Assembly (NCBI GenBank): GCA_030749235.1
Contig: JASMKM010000013.1
Span: 111,470-175,469 of the forward strand
Direction: 5' to 3'
Length of the DNA stretch: 64,000 bases
Origin: Planctomycetota bacterium
Lineage (GTDB): Bacteria > Planctomycetota > UBA1135
Below, one piece after another: positions 36,030-46,631 of this stretch. The translations under genes were made by a program, and so were the position numbers. Every line of letters begins with the position of its first letter. The stretch's first letter is position 1. The notes below the pieces were generated by a model. That model was not told the origin of the DNA, made no database searches, and saw nothing but the letters and a program-made list of their open reading frames with translations.

Positions 36030-39000
36030 TTAGATTTGCCTCTGGTGTATTTTCGCTGTTTCCGCGGCAAGCGGCAAGAAAGCGTTGTCTCAAAAACCAA
36101 ATTGAGCACTTCTTCGGCGCTGGCGGCAGGATCCGGCAGCATCCAGCGTGCCCGACGGGCCGTCATCACACGGAAATCGATGGCCTGGTTCTTGATTGCT
36201 GATTCGAAGGTTCGCGCCTCTCTGAGCGAACATGACAGGTGGTCGTCAACCCGCTGCAGCGCATCCAGGCCCAGCCGGCCGAGGCGGTGCTTCAGGAAGA
36301 ATAGCTTGGTCAGGTTCTCTAGCTCTATAGGTGGGGGACCGAAACGGTCACGCACCGATTCCAGTACCGACTCGATCTGCTCCGGCGCACGAATGCGGTC
36401 CAGTTCACGCAACAACTGCAACCGCGTCTCCTCGTCGGGCACAAACTCGGGCGACAACGCGGCACTCAGACCCAGCGCCAGGTCGCAGGCAGGTTCGATC
36501 CCGCTGGCAGCCACCTGACCCTGACGGCGCATCCGCGTGACCGCTTCAGCCAGCAGGCGTCGGTAGGTCTCGTAACCGACCGCGTTGATGTGGCCGCTCT
36601 GCTCGGAACCGAGCAGGTTGCCGGCGCCACGGATCTCCAGGTCGCGCACCGCCAACTGGAAACCGGCACCTAGGTAGCGCATTTCCTCGATGGCTTTCAG
36701 GCGCCGACGTGCATCCAGCGGCAGCGGCTTGCCACGCGGGATTAGCAGGTAGCAATAACCCCGCTTGTCCGAGCGCCCGACACGCCCGCGTAATTGGTGC
36801 AAGTCGGAAAGTCCGTGGCGCTGCGCCTGATCGACAAAGATGGTGTTGGCATTGGGGATATCCAAACCGCTTTCAATGATGGTCGTGGCCACCAGGATGT
36901 CGGCGTCCCCGCGCACGAAGGTCAGCATGGCCTTCTCCAATTCCTTCGGATCCATCTGGCCATGGCCGACGACAATGCGCGCCTTCGGAGCCAGGCGTTG
37001 GATGCGCTCAGCCATAAGGTCCAAGGTCTTGACGCGGTTGTGTAGGAAGAAGGCTTGGCCACCACGTGCCATTTCGCGTTCGAGCACATCCTTGATTAAG
37101 GCGGTTTCGTCGTCGTAGCGCAATTCGGTATGAACTTCCTGGCGTCCGACAGGCGCGGTGCTCAGCGAAGTGATGTCGCGGATACCGGCCATCGCCATAT
37201 GTAAGGTGCGCGGCACCGGCGTGGCAGTTAGCGTGAGCAAATCCACCTGCGAGCGCTTGCGTTTGAGCTCCTCCTTGTGACGCACGCCGAAGCGTTGCTC
37301 CTCATCAATTACCACCAAGCCAAGGTTCTTGAACTTCACGTCTTTTGACAGCAAGCGATGGGTTCCGACCACTAGGTCCACGCTGCCGTCTTTCATCGCG
37401 GCCAGAATCTCGCGCTTCTTGGCCGGCTTGACCAAGCGCGACAAGACCTCGATCTGTACAGGCCAATCGGCGAAGCGCTGTCGCAACGAGCGCACATGCT
37501 GCTCGGCGAGTACGGTGGTCGGAACCAGCATGGCTACTTGTTTCCCAGCGTGGATTGCGCGAAATGCCGACCTTGCTGCCAACTCGGTCTTGCCGTAACC
37601 GACATCGCCGCACAGCAGGCGGTCCATCGCGCGTGGCAGCGACAAGTCGGCATGAATCTCGATCATGCCTTGCGCCTGGTCCGGCGTATCTTCCCACGGG
37701 AAGCTCGCCTCGAACTCGCGCTGCTCCTCGCCACCGTCGGGGAAGGCGAAACCGGGTACGGCTTCGCGCTGCGCTTGGATCTCTAGCATCTCGGCTGCCA
37801 GGTCCTCGACCGCGGATTCCACCTTCATGCGGCGCTTGGCGAAGGAACCCGAACCCAAGCGATCCAGTTCAGGGCTGGCTCCACCGGCCCCGATGAATCG
37901 CTCCACTAGATCCACCCGCGACACCGGTACCTTCAGTTCGGCACGATCCTTGAATTCGAGCAGGATGAAATCCTGGGTGTTCTGTTCACTGCCGCGGTCC
38001 AAGCCGCGGAAGATCGCCAGACCATGGACGGCGTGCACCACTAAGTCGCCGGGTTTCAGCGCCATCACCGTCTCGATCGGCGCGGTGGAATGATCACGCC
38101 GGCGTCGGGGTTTTGGTCGGTGAGCGCCATGCCCAGGGATGAACTCACGGTGGTGGATGACGGTCAGGCGCGCCTCGGGAATGCGGAAACCGCGTTCCAG
38201 TCCGCCGGAACCGAGTTGCAGGCCGTGATCCTGTTCGCCGTTATCGTGCAGAATTTGATTCAGGCGATCTGCCTCGGCATCGTTGCTGCACAAGACCACC
38301 GCGTGTTCACCGTTCTTGGCGCGGGAAGCAAGCACTGAGACTCCAGGAGCCACCCCTTGGCAGTATTCCTCAACACTGAGGGTGGTCAGTGTGCCATCCT
38401 CACCAGGCAAGGTGGCCAATTCCATGGTTGGCTGCTCCTTGCAGCTGCGGTCGAAGCGGTTCAATGCCGAGACGGCGGCCGATCCCAGAAAGCGCAACTG
38501 CTTGCGACGGTCGTCGATTGCCGACGGCTCCCAGAACACCACGCGGGTATTGGTTGGGAATCGCTCCAACGGCAGCATGTCGGAGGCATCGGCGGCTTCC
38601 TTCAACTCTTGGGCGAGCGGTACCGCTAGCTTGCGCAGCACATGGCGGGTGCGCTGAGTGGAAAGGTCGAAGACGCGCATGCTCTCGAGCTCGTCGTCGA
38701 AGAATTCCAGACGTAGTGGTTCGCCGATGGCGGGGGCATAGAAGTCGAGGATGTCGCCACGTCGCGAGAATTCACCAGCGCCGGAAATGGCCGGAACCCG
38801 CTCGAATCCTGCATCGACCAGGATTTTGGTCAGGTCATCTGGATCCAGCTGCATGTTCTCAGTCAGCTCGAGGATGCCGCCGGCATCCTGTTCGGCGGGA
38901 TCTGGCACTGGTTGGATCAAGGCTGCCAGCGGTGCCACCAGGATGCCGCCAAACCCCTCGCGTTCGATGAGAGTCAGCGCATGGTGACGTTCGCGCAGGA

Positions 39001-39358
39001 CTTCGGCCTCGGCACCGAGCGAACTCTCGCGCGCGGGAAATGGCATCGCGCCGGCACCGAAGACGATGAGGTCATCGAGCGCCAGTTCGGCTGCGGCGCC
39101 ATCGGCGGTGACCACCAACAGTGGCCCCTCGAGCTCGGCGTTGAGTGCCGCACTCAACAGGGCTTTCGAACTGCCCCAAAGGCCTCCCCAATGCAAACGC
39201 ATCGACGCCTGGTCGCGCCATCTGGCGGCCAGGTCGTGAAAGGATGGGGTGGCGCGCAGCAGCGCGACGGGCGATTGCGGCTCGGCCGACGACGTCTTGC
39301 CGCCAGCTTTCGATTTGGTCTTCCCGGCGCCGCCCCGCGAAGGTCGACGCGTCGCCAT
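36026..39358 (-). CDS. mfd: Transcription-repair coupling factor
   Basis: The 1110-aa product has a CarD/RID region ([16 protein letters not shown]) and superfamily-2 motifs ([40 protein letters not shown]). A TRG-like C-terminal region follows. Confidence 0.95.
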   Translation of the reverse strand: MATRRPSRGGAGKTKSKAGGKTSSAEPQSPVALLRATPSFHDLAARWRDQASMRLHWGGLWGSSKALLSAALNAELEGPLLVVTADGAAAELALDDLIVFGAGAMPFPARESSLGAEAEVLRERHHALTLIEREGFGGILVAPLAALIQPVPDPAEQDAGGILELTENMQLDPDDLTKILVDAGFERVPAISGAGEFSRRGDILDFYAPAIGEPLRLEFFDDELESMRVFDLSTQRTRHVLRKLAVPLAQELKEAADASDMLPLERFPTNTRVVFWEPSAIDDRRKQLRFLGSAAVSALNRFDRSCKEQPTMELATLPGEDGTLTTLSVEEYCQGVAPGVSVLASRAKNGEHAVVLCSNDAEADRLNQILHDNGEQDHGLQLGSGGLERGFRIPEARLTVIHHREFIPGHGAHRPKPRRRRDHSTAPIETVMALKPGDLVVHAVHGLAIFRGLDRGSEQNTQDFILLEFKDRAELKVPVSRVDLVERFIGAGGASPELDRLGSGSFAKRRMKVESAVEDLAAEMLEIQAQREAVPGFAFPDGGEEQREFEASFPWEDTPDQAQGMIEIHADLSLPRAMDRLLCGDVGYGKTELAARSAFRAIHAGKQVAMLVPTTVLAEQHVRSLRQRFADWPVQIEVLSRLVKPAKKREILAAMKDGSVDLVVGTHRLLSKDVKFKNLGLVVIDEEQRFGVRHKEELKRKRSQVDLLTLTATPVPRTLHMAMAGIRDITSLSTAPVGRQEVHTELRYDDETALIKDVLEREMARGGQAFFLHNRVKTLDLMAERIQRLAPKARIVVGHGQMDPKELEKAMLTFVRGDADILVATTIIESGLDIPNANTIFVDQAQRHGLSDLHQLRGRVGRSDKRGYCYLLIPRGKPLPLDARRRLKAIEEMRYLGAGFQLAVRDLEIRGAGNLLGSEQSGHINAVGYETYRRLLAEAVTRMRRQGQVAASGIEPACDLALGLSAALSPEFVPDEETRLQLLRELDRIRAPEQIESVLESVRDRFGPPPIELENLTKLFFLKHRLGRLGLDALQRVDDHLSCSLREARTFESAIKNQAIDFRVMTARRARWMLPDPAASAEEVLNLVFETTLSCRLPRKQRKYTRGKSK

Positions 39359-39370
39359 AGTCGGACCAGT

Positions 39371-39769
39371 CTACGGCAGAATCCGTTCGGCGAAGGTGGC
39401 CTCCGCCACCCTTCTTCCCGAGCGCGGCAGCTTGTGGCGCATCAACGCGAAGCCGTGGTAGAAAATGTCCAGAATCGGGCACGGCACCCAGCTCAGGAAC
39501 TTGGCGATTCCACGGGTCCAGCGACCATCCTGCCGACGCATCAGATAGAGCACCGCTTTGCTGCGCATCAACGAGAAGCAGGTGCCGTCGGTATCTTCCT
39601 GCTCGACCAACACGACCACGCTGTTGGTCTCCTGCACGTCGCACTCCTTGGCGGTTTGTCCACCCAGCGGCGCATACCAGAAGCGCCCAGTCGGATCGCT
39701 GCTGGCGGTGCGGATCACGAAGTCGTTACAGACCCCGCAAGTCCCGTCGAAGAACACGATCTCGCGCAT
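39371..39769 (-). CDS. DCC-family thiol-disulfide oxidoreductase (DUF393)
   Basis: The N-terminus is IVFFDGTCGVCNDFV, and the product is 132 aa. Confidence 0.8.
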   Translation of the reverse strand: MREIVFFDGTCGVCNDFVIRTASSDPTGRFWYAPLGGQTAKECDVQETNSVVVLVEQEDTDGTCFSLMRSKAVLYLMRRQDGRWTRGIAKFLSWVPCPILDIFYHGFALMRHKLPRSGRRVAEATFAERILP

Positions 39770-39830
39770 TTTTAAAGGTTCGTCGAAACGAAGGCGCTGT
39801 GAATCGCTCAGTGCCGTCCAACACCTGTCC

Positions 39831-40190
39831 TTAGATCCACTCCTGGTTGTTCACCGTGCGTTCACTGACTACCTCACCAGTATGCGCTGTGCCAGCCGGT
39901 TCGAACAACAACACGCTGGTTCCGGGTGCGGCCACCGGCATGTGCTCCACGCCGCGTGGCACGATCAGCATCTCTCCGACGTCGAGCTTCACGTCGTGGT
40001 CGGGAAACTTCATCACCAAGGAACCCTCGAGCACGAGGAAAAGCTCGTCCTCGTCTTCATGCGCGTGCCAAACGAAATCGCCTTCGAGCTTGGCGACCTT
40101 GACCTCTTGACCATTCAGCGCGCCGATGATTTTTGGCGTCCAGGTCTCGGCGAAGAGACCTAGCTTCTGTTGCAGGTTGATTTTCTCCAT
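39831..40190 (-). CDS. Cupin domain protein
   Basis: The 119-aa product has a cupin motif region: HAHEDEDELFLVLEGSL...GEMLIVPRGVEHMP. Confidence 0.8.
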   Translation of the reverse strand: MEKINLQQKLGLFAETWTPKIIGALNGQEVKVAKLEGDFVWHAHEDEDELFLVLEGSLVMKFPDHDVKLDVGEMLIVPRGVEHMPVAAPGTSVLLFEPAGTAHTGEVVSERTVNNQEWI

Positions 40191-40205
40191 GGCAAGGAGT
40201 GAATT

Positions 40206-40913
40206 CTAACCCGTCAGCGATCCTTCAGCGCGCAGCACCAGCACCGCTTCCCATGCCGCGCGGCGTTCGGCTTCTTTCTTGCTTGCACCCCAAGCCGGTG
40301 GGAAGGCCCGATGCCCAATTTCAGCACAGACCTGGAAAGCCTGCGTCTCGGGGTGCTCATGGAAGTCGGTGAGGTGGAAGACCGGCACCGAACCCTTTTC
40401 GGTCTGCGCCCAGTTCTGCAAAATCTGCTTGGCCTGCATGCGCGCATGATTTTCTGGCAAGGCGGCCAGCTCGTGGTGCAGCCAATGCACCACGATGGTG
40501 CGGCAGACTGGGATGACGCTTCGTGTCGGACAATCCTGGTATACCGCCCCGAGAAGGGCTTCGACCGCATTGCCGTAGACCGACCTTGGCAGGCTCCGGC
40601 GCTCCTTCAAGTTGCCGCCGCTGCGGATCCAGCGGTCCAATCCGAGTCGTTCCCCCAAGCGTGACAGTGTGGCGCGCGACACCAACAGCGCCTTCCATTC
40701 CGTCAGGCGGCCTTCGCGAGCGTCGGGATAGGTCTCGAACAGCAGGGCGCTCACGACGAGGTCCAAGACGGCGTCGCCAAGGAACTCCAGACGCTCGTTG
40801 TGCTCTTCCTCGATGCTTGCGTGCGTCAGCGCAAGCTCCAAGAGACTCCGATCGCGAAATCGGTAGCCGATGAGGTCTTCCAGGTGACGAAGGCCAAGGG
40901 GAATGCCATCCAT
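40206..40913 (-). CDS. rnc: Ribonuclease III
   Basis: It carries the signature ERLEFLGDAVLD and AVEALLGAVY, with a C-terminal dsRBD-like KKEAERRAAWEAVLVL. Confidence 0.93.
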   Translation of the reverse strand: MDGIPLGLRHLEDLIGYRFRDRSLLELALTHASIEEEHNERLEFLGDAVLDLVVSALLFETYPDAREGRLTEWKALLVSRATLSRLGERLGLDRWIRSGGNLKERRSLPRSVYGNAVEALLGAVYQDCPTRSVIPVCRTIVVHWLHHELAALPENHARMQAKQILQNWAQTEKGSVPVFHLTDFHEHPETQAFQVCAEIGHRAFPPAWGASKKEAERRAAWEAVLVLRAEGSLTG

Positions 40914-41021
40914 GAGCGCCGGATTCTACTCTCTCTTCCCATTAGGACACCAATCCGCCACAATACCGTTCTGCCTTATCCAGGCACCCCCCACCTCTCA
41001 TCACCGAATCGTCATACACGC

Positions 41022-41804
41022 ATGTTGCTTGAAGGAAAGAAGGGACTCATCTTTGGAGTCGCCAACCAATACAGTCTGGCCTGGCATATTGCCAAGGCTG
41101 CTCGCGAGCAAGGCGCCGAGGTGCTGCTGTCCGTAGGTGGTGAGCGTTTCTTGCGCAAGGTGCAACCGCTTGCCAATGAGCTGGATTCGCCGACGCCAAT
41201 TGTCTGCGACGTCTCCAACGACGAGAATATTAAGGTGGCCTTTGATGAGATCGAGAAGGTCATGCCTGAGGTGGATTTCGTGGTGCACGCGATTGCCACC
41301 GCCAAGCGCGAGGAACTGCAAGGTCGTTACCTGGATACCAGTCGCGACGGCTTCGCCTTGGCGAATGAAGTCTCCACCTATTCCTTGGTGGCGATCTGTC
41401 GTGAAGCCGAGCGCCTGCTCACGCCCAACGCCTCGATTCTCACCCTGAGCTATCTCGGTGCGATTCGTGCGGTCCCTGCGTACAACGTCATGGGCGTATC
41501 GAAGGCCGGCCTCGAGGCCAGTGTGCGTTACCTGGCCAACGACTTCGGTCCATCTGGGGTGCGTGTCAACGCCATCAGCGCCGGTCCGGTCAAGACCATG
41601 TCGGCCTCAGCGGTGAAGGGCTTCAAGGACAAGGTTGACATCCAGCAGGTCGCAGCTCCGCTGCGCCGCAATGTCACCGGCGAGGATGTTGGCAAGGCTG
41701 GCATGTTCCTGTTGAGCGATTGGGCTTCGGGCGTCACCGGCGAGGTCCTGTATGTGGACTGCGGCTACAACATCATGGCCGACTTCATTACCAAAGAGAC
41801 TTAG
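41022..41804 (+). CDS. fabI: Enoyl-[acyl-carrier-protein] reductase (NADH), FabI type
   Basis: I moved the start to ATG 41022 (MLLEGKKGLIFGVANQYSLAW), in frame with track ORF 40800. It has SYLGA..VPAYNVMGVSKAGLEA (Y..K) and INAISAGPVKT. Confidence 0.92.
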   Translation: MLLEGKKGLIFGVANQYSLAWHIAKAAREQGAEVLLSVGGERFLRKVQPLANELDSPTPIVCDVSNDENIKVAFDEIEKVMPEVDFVVHAIATAKREELQGRYLDTSRDGFALANEVSTYSLVAICREAERLLTPNASILTLSYLGAIRAVPAYNVMGVSKAGLEASVRYLANDFGPSGVRVNAISAGPVKTMSASAVKGFKDKVDIQQVAAPLRRNVTGEDVGKAGMFLLSDWASGVTGEVLYVDCGYNIMADFITKET

Positions 41805-41807
41805 CCT

Positions 41808-42653
41808 ATGGTTGGGGTGCTTTGTCTAGGAGGAAGCGACCCGCAAGAAGGTGCCGGTGTGCAGATGGATGCTGCCGTGTGTCAGGCTTTGGGCCATACG
41901 CCGCATCAAGTCGTGTCGGTGGATACGGTACAGAGCCTAAAGGGTTTGGAATCTGCTACGCCTAGGGAAGAGGTCGCCATCGCGCACGAGATCATGTTCG
42001 CCCTCGACGATGGCGTGAAGGCCGTCAAAATCGGTGCGCTCGGTAACGAGAAAATCGTTGCGGCGGTGGTCGCGGCACTCGAGCCGTGGCACAAGGACCT
42101 GCCGATCGTGTTGGATCCTGTCTGTGCAGCCACGCGCACTCTTGGCGACGACCGCCTCAACACCGTGGCCGGCGCGCGCTTAATGGAGAGCGAACTGTTC
42201 CCGTTGTGCCGCCTCGTTACCCCGAACGCATTCGAGTACGGCACTGGCGAGCGCTATCAAAACTGCCGCGCGGTGCTGTTGAAGGGTGGCCACTCCGTCG
42301 ACCTCTCCATGCTCGAAGGTGTTGAGCCAAGTGCGTATATCGCCGATTCGCTAGAGGAACTGCTGCAGGATCCGATCGAGTTTCGTCACCCGCGCATTCC
42401 CGGTGCGGAAGATTTGCATGGCACGGGCTGCGCGTTGTCGTCGGCCATCGCCTGCTTCATGGCAACGGGGATGGAGCTATGGACTGCGTGTCAGTGTGCG
42501 CTCGAAGCCATGCATGATTGGATGACCGCAGCGGTGGAGAACAAGACCGGCCTATTGCCCTTCGCGCTGAAGGAGCTGCCTACGGTCGGTGAATTGCCGG
42601 AAGCTAAGGAAGGCGAGAAGCGCGTGATGTGGTTGTCCGGCGCTGAGGCCTAG
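41808..42653 (+). CDS. thiD: Hydroxymethylpyrimidine/phosphomethylpyrimidine kinase (ThiD-like, ribokinase superfamily)
   Basis: Motifs seen are CLGGSDPQEGAGVQMD, VKIGALG, VLDPV, LVTPN, LLKGGH and HGTGCALSSAIA. Confidence 0.85.
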   Translation: MVGVLCLGGSDPQEGAGVQMDAAVCQALGHTPHQVVSVDTVQSLKGLESATPREEVAIAHEIMFALDDGVKAVKIGALGNEKIVAAVVAALEPWHKDLPIVLDPVCAATRTLGDDRLNTVAGARLMESELFPLCRLVTPNAFEYGTGERYQNCRAVLLKGGHSVDLSMLEGVEPSAYIADSLEELLQDPIEFRHPRIPGAEDLHGTGCALSSAIACFMATGMELWTACQCALEAMHDWMTAAVENKTGLLPFALKELPTVGELPEAKEGEKRVMWLSGAEA

Positions 42654-43510
42654 AGCTGCCGACCGATGCGGCTCAGGATGCCTTTCACGGTTGCGTCCAG
42701 CAGGCTGTCTTCGTTGTAGTCCCCAGACACCACGTAGCTAACACGGTCCTCGGAGATTAACTTGTGCACTTTCTCGCGCGAGGAGGATTGCGCCCATTTG
42801 TCCGGATCGAAGACCGCCACCGAGTAGCCGCCTTGCTCACGCGTCATCTTCATCGCTGGGATATCGGTATCGCCGTCGCCGAAGAAAATCATGCGCTCGA
42901 AGGGCACCGGGCGCGAGGGCTTCTCCATCCAGCGATTCAGCGACTGGTCATCCCAGAAGTTCTCAATGCCCTTGTTGATGCGAAATAGAAACTGCGTCTT
43001 GGTGGTGTAGTTGACCACCACGCTGGGCCAGCAGGCTTCTCCCTGATCATCGAAGAGATACTTGCAGGCGAAGATGTAACGGAAGCGATGGGCGATGGCC
43101 GTGCCACGAATCATTTCCTCATTGCCGGAAGACACGATGTAGTGCACCGGTTCCAGGCCGAGCTCGCGCGCGAAGGCATCGATGCGATCGAACCAGGCTT
43201 CCACCCCTGGCAATAGCGGCGTGTTGCGTCCATGCTCTTCCAGCATCTCACTCGTCAGCTTCACGCCATGGCTGCGCGCCGAACGCAGAATCTCGAACAG
43301 GTACATCAGGATCTGGTCGGCGTTGGAAGCCTGCGCATTCTCCTCGACGCGATTCCAGAACTCACCGACATCCTCACCCAAGGCGCGTAACAGGGAATGC
43401 TCCTGGATGTTGTCGCGGGCAAGGGTGCCGTCGAAATCGTAGACGAAGGCAACCGTGGGTTTGGCTGCACCGACGGTAGGGGAATCCAAGCGGGAAGAAT
43501 CCATGATCAA
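42650..43510 (-). CDS. HAD-superfamily hydrolase (subfamily IB-like)
   Basis: HAD motif I is VYDFDGTLA and motif IV-like is FGDGDTDIPAM. The product is 286 aa. Confidence 0.8.
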   Translation of the reverse strand: MIMDSSRLDSPTVGAAKPTVAFVYDFDGTLARDNIQEHSLLRALGEDVGEFWNRVEENAQASNADQILMYLFEILRSARSHGVKLTSEMLEEHGRNTPLLPGVEAWFDRIDAFARELGLEPVHYIVSSGNEEMIRGTAIAHRFRYIFACKYLFDDQGEACWPSVVVNYTTKTQFLFRINKGIENFWDDQSLNRWMEKPSRPVPFERMIFFGDGDTDIPAMKMTREQGGYSVAVFDPDKWAQSSSREKVHKLISEDRVSYVVSGDYNEDSLLDATVKGILSRIGRQL

Positions 43511-44700
43511 TAGGCGGGCAGGACACCCAGCTCTTTGGCGATGGCGTCGACATAGCGATCGGTCATGCCTTGGACGAAATCACACACCGCGCGTTGCGGC
43601 GAATCGGTGGTTTCCTTAAATTGCTCCGGCACGCGGTCGGGGCGGTCCATCAGGGCATCGAAAACCTTGCCAAGCAATTCGGTGGCGCGGCGCACATGCC
43701 AGTTCACCGCTTCCTGCAGGTACATGTGCTCATAAAGGTATGCGTGCAACTTGGCGACCATCGAGCCGAAATCCTCCGAGTGACCGATCAGGCGTCGCTC
43801 GGCAGCCTGCGCTTCGCTGGCAGTGCATGCATCGGTGGCATCCAAGCGGCGCGACGATTCCTCACATACGTCGGTAATCGCCATGCCTAATAATTCATTC
43901 GCCGCTCGGCGCCACAACAACGGCCCGGCGGACTCGGCAGGATGACGCTCCTCGGCCGCGACCACCGCCATATTCCACAGCGGCAGGTCTTCACGCATCT
44001 TGACCGGATCGAGGATGCCTTCACGGATGCCATCGTCGACGTCGTGATAGTGATAGGCAGTGGAATCGGCCAAGTCGACCAGCTGCGCCTCGAGACGTGG
44101 GAAGCGTAGGGCCTCGCCACGAGCTTCATCGACGACCTTTTCATGTTTCTTCAGGCAATCCTTGGTCTCGATGGTCAGGTTCAGGCCGCGGTAATCCGGG
44201 CTGCGCTGTTCCAGCACGTCGACGATGCGTAACGACTGGCGGTTATGTGCGAAGCCACCAAAGTTCTCCATCTTTTCGTTTAAGAGCACTTCGCCGCTAT
44301 GCCCATAAGGTGGGTGACCCAAGTCATGCGCCAGCGCGATTGCCTCACATAACGGTTCGTTCAGGTTCAGCGCGCTGGCCAAAGAGCGCGACACCTGCAG
44401 CACCTCAAGGGAATGCGTCAGGCGAGTACGTTGATTGTCGCCGACGTGATTCACGAACACCTGCGTCTTGTACATTAGGCGCCGGAAGGCCGAGCAATGG
44501 ATGATGCGATCGCGGTCGCGCTCATAACGAGTGCGCCACTCATCGGGGATTTCCTCGAAGCTGCGGCCACGCGAATCGGCCGAGCGACTGGCGGCTGGAT
44601 GGAGCCTCTCCTGCTCCAGGGTTTCCTTCTCGAGGCGGTTCACGCGCCACAGGATAGGGGGCGCGGGTAGAATCGGGGTGAGGATTGACCATTTTTGCAC
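43507..44700 (-). CDS. dgt: dGTP triphosphohydrolase-like HD-domain protein
   Basis: Motifs seen are RDRDRIIHCSAFRRL..KTQVF, RTRLTHSLEV and AHDLGHPPYGHSGE. Confidence 0.9.
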   Translation of the reverse strand: MQKWSILTPILPAPPILWRVNRLEKETLEQERLHPAASRSADSRGRSFEEIPDEWRTRYERDRDRIIHCSAFRRLMYKTQVFVNHVGDNQRTRLTHSLEVLQVSRSLASALNLNEPLCEAIALAHDLGHPPYGHSGEVLLNEKMENFGGFAHNRQSLRIVDVLEQRSPDYRGLNLTIETKDCLKKHEKVVDEARGEALRFPRLEAQLVDLADSTAYHYHDVDDGIREGILDPVKMREDLPLWNMAVVAAEERHPAESAGPLLWRRAANELLGMAITDVCEESSRRLDATDACTASEAQAAERRLIGHSEDFGSMVAKLHAYLYEHMYLQEAVNWHVRRATELLGKVFDALMDRPDRVPEQFKETTDSPQRAVCDFVQGMTDRYVDAIAKELGVLPAY

Positions 44701-44788
44701 GGAAACCTATAGTTTCCAGCCGTTTTCCGCGTCGGCCTCCCTACTGTGCAGGCCCTCACGCCAATCCACATCAGCAGCGAACCTACCG

Positions 44789-45832
44789 GTGTTCCAGATC
44801 CGCCTCAAACAGCAAGCAGCCACTGACCAGGCCGCTCTGCGCGCTCGTCTGCAAGTTTGGGCTGAAGAGCGAGGCTGGACCACAGTAGCATCCAAGGAGG
44901 ACACGAATGTCCTTTATTTACAAGGCGTTACGGCCGCCAAAGAGCTTCAAATGCTGATCAACTGGGATGGCGTCGAGATCGTCGTGCCGGAGAATGCCCC
45001 CGCCACGGCTGCGGTTGAAAGGCTGCCGAAGTCGGTCCAAGTGGCGGCCGCCCAGTTCGGCGAGGGTGCCGCCAGCTTTGTCGCGGGCCCCTGTTCGGTG
45101 GAGGATTACGATTCTCTGTTGGAGATTGCTCAGCATCTGGTCGCTGCCGGAGCTACTGCCCTTCGCGCCGGCGCCTTCAAGCCACGCACCTCGCCTTACT
45201 CCTTCCAGGGCCTTGGTTTGCCCGGGCTGGAGATTTTGTCGGCGGTCGGCAAGGAAACCGGTCTGCCAGTCGTCACCGAGGTCCTCGACCTGCGCGACCT
45301 GGAAGAGGTCGCCCAACACGCCGACGTGCTCCAGATTGGCTCTCGCAACATGGCCAACTCTCCTTTGCTGAAGGAAATCGGTTGTGTTGGACTGCCGGTT
45401 CTGCTGAAGCGGGGCATGAGCGCCACCTTGGACGAGTTCTTGTTCGCTGCCGAATATGTAGCCTTGGGCAACGCCCCATCCGTGCTGTTGTGTGAACGTG
45501 GCTTGCGCCACTTCGATCCGTCGGTGCGCAACCTGCTCGACCTGTCGGCGGTGCCGGCACTGAAGCAACTCTCCGGTCTACCCGTGATTGTGGACCCAAG
45601 TCACGGAACTGGTCGTGCCGATCTAGTCCCGGACATGCTCCTGGCCGCTGCGGCTGCCGGTGCCGATGGCTTCCTGGTTGAAGTCCACTCCAACCCTTCC
45701 GCTGCTTGGTCGGATGCCAATCAAGCCTTACCCCTGGAATCTTTCTGCGACATCGTTCCGCGAGTCGCCAAAGTACTTGCCGCGTGCGACCGCGAGTTGC
45801 GCGTTGCACAGTTCCCCCAAACGAAAGTCTGA
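44789..45832 (+). CDS. aroF: 3-deoxy-7-phosphoheptulonate (DAHP) synthase, type I-beta, with an N-terminal ferredoxin-like regulatory domain
   Basis: The catalytic core has FVAGPCSVE, RAGAFKPRTSPYSFQGLG, LQIGSRNM, LLKRG and VDPSHGTG. The N-terminal ~75 aa (VFQIRLKQ..) resemble the regulatory domain of Thermotoga-type enzymes. The start is uncertain. GTG 44789 is the first plausible start downstream of the divergent dgt gene and is in frame with track ORF 44531. Confidence 0.85.
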   Translation: MFQIRLKQQAATDQAALRARLQVWAEERGWTTVASKEDTNVLYLQGVTAAKELQMLINWDGVEIVVPENAPATAAVERLPKSVQVAAAQFGEGAASFVAGPCSVEDYDSLLEIAQHLVAAGATALRAGAFKPRTSPYSFQGLGLPGLEILSAVGKETGLPVVTEVLDLRDLEEVAQHADVLQIGSRNMANSPLLKEIGCVGLPVLLKRGMSATLDEFLFAAEYVALGNAPSVLLCERGLRHFDPSVRNLLDLSAVPALKQLSGLPVIVDPSHGTGRADLVPDMLLAAAAAGADGFLVEVHSNPSAAWSDANQALPLESFCDIVPRVAKVLAACDRELRVAQFPQTKV

Positions 45833-45842
45833 GAATCGAATT

Positions 45843-46601
45843 ATGTCACGCGTTCCATACATTGCTGGTAACTGGAAAATGCACCTCACCAAGCGCAAGG
45901 CCTCGAGCCTAGCGCGTGATGTGGCTGCACACCAAGGTGAAAACACCTCCCGCAAAGTCGCCGTCTTTCCGACCTTTCTGCATCTCGATTATGTTCGCCG
46001 CAACCTCAAGGGCAGCGATGTCATCCTCGGCGCCCAGAACTGCTATGGCAAGAAGGAGGGCGCCTTCACCGGCGAGATCTCTCCCTACATGCTGCGCGAC
46101 ATGGGCGTGAAGGTCGTCATGATCGGCCACTCTGAGCGTCGCCATATCTTCGGCGAGACCGACGCCATGATGCTCGAAAAGGTCAAGATTACCTTGCGCG
46201 CCAAGCTGGATGTCATGCTCTGCGTTGGCGAGACGCTCGAGGAGCGCGAGGCCGGCAAGACCTTCGCCGTGCTGGCCCGCCAGATGCGTGCCTTGAAGGT
46301 GGTGAAGCCCACCCAACTTGATCGCGTCACCGTGGCCTATGAGCCGGTGTGGGCGATCGGTACAGGCAAGACTGCCACTCCCGAGATGGCTCAGGAGGCC
46401 CACGCCGAATGTCGTCGTCTGGTCGGTGAGATCCTCGGCGACGAGGCTGCAGCAATCACTCCGATTCTTTACGGAGGATCGGTCAAGGCCGGCAACGCTG
46501 CCGAGCTCCTTTCCCAACCGGATGTCGACGGCGCACTGGTCGGCGGCGCATCCCTCTCGATCAAGGACTTCGGTCCGATCCTCGATGCAGCCAAGGCCTA
46601 A
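45843..46601 (+). CDS. tpiA: Triosephosphate isomerase
   Basis: I moved the start to ATG 45843 (MSRVPYIAGNWKMH). Further motifs are IGHSERR, AYEPVWAIGTG and YGGSV. Confidence 0.95.
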   Translation: MSRVPYIAGNWKMHLTKRKASSLARDVAAHQGENTSRKVAVFPTFLHLDYVRRNLKGSDVILGAQNCYGKKEGAFTGEISPYMLRDMGVKVVMIGHSERRHIFGETDAMMLEKVKITLRAKLDVMLCVGETLEEREAGKTFAVLARQMRALKVVKPTQLDRVTVAYEPVWAIGTGKTATPEMAQEAHAECRRLVGEILGDEAAAITPILYGGSVKAGNAAELLSQPDVDGALVGGASLSIKDFGPILDAAKA

Positions 46602-46631
46602 GACCGCGGCGTCGCCAAGCACAACAATCCA

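Noticed and set aside
40914-41021. The strand-switch point between the long minus-strand block and the long plus-strand block as a possible replication origin. One near-DnaA-box, ttatccagg, is present.
   Set aside because: There is a single imperfect box, no AT-rich unwinding element and no dnaA/dnaN nearby. It is simply a divergent promoter region between rnc and fabI.
42650-42653. The convergent thiD and HAD-hydrolase genes share a palindromic CTAG that supplies both stop codons.
   Set aside because: This is real but probably a trivial result of genome compaction. I see no hairpin or other signal suggesting function.
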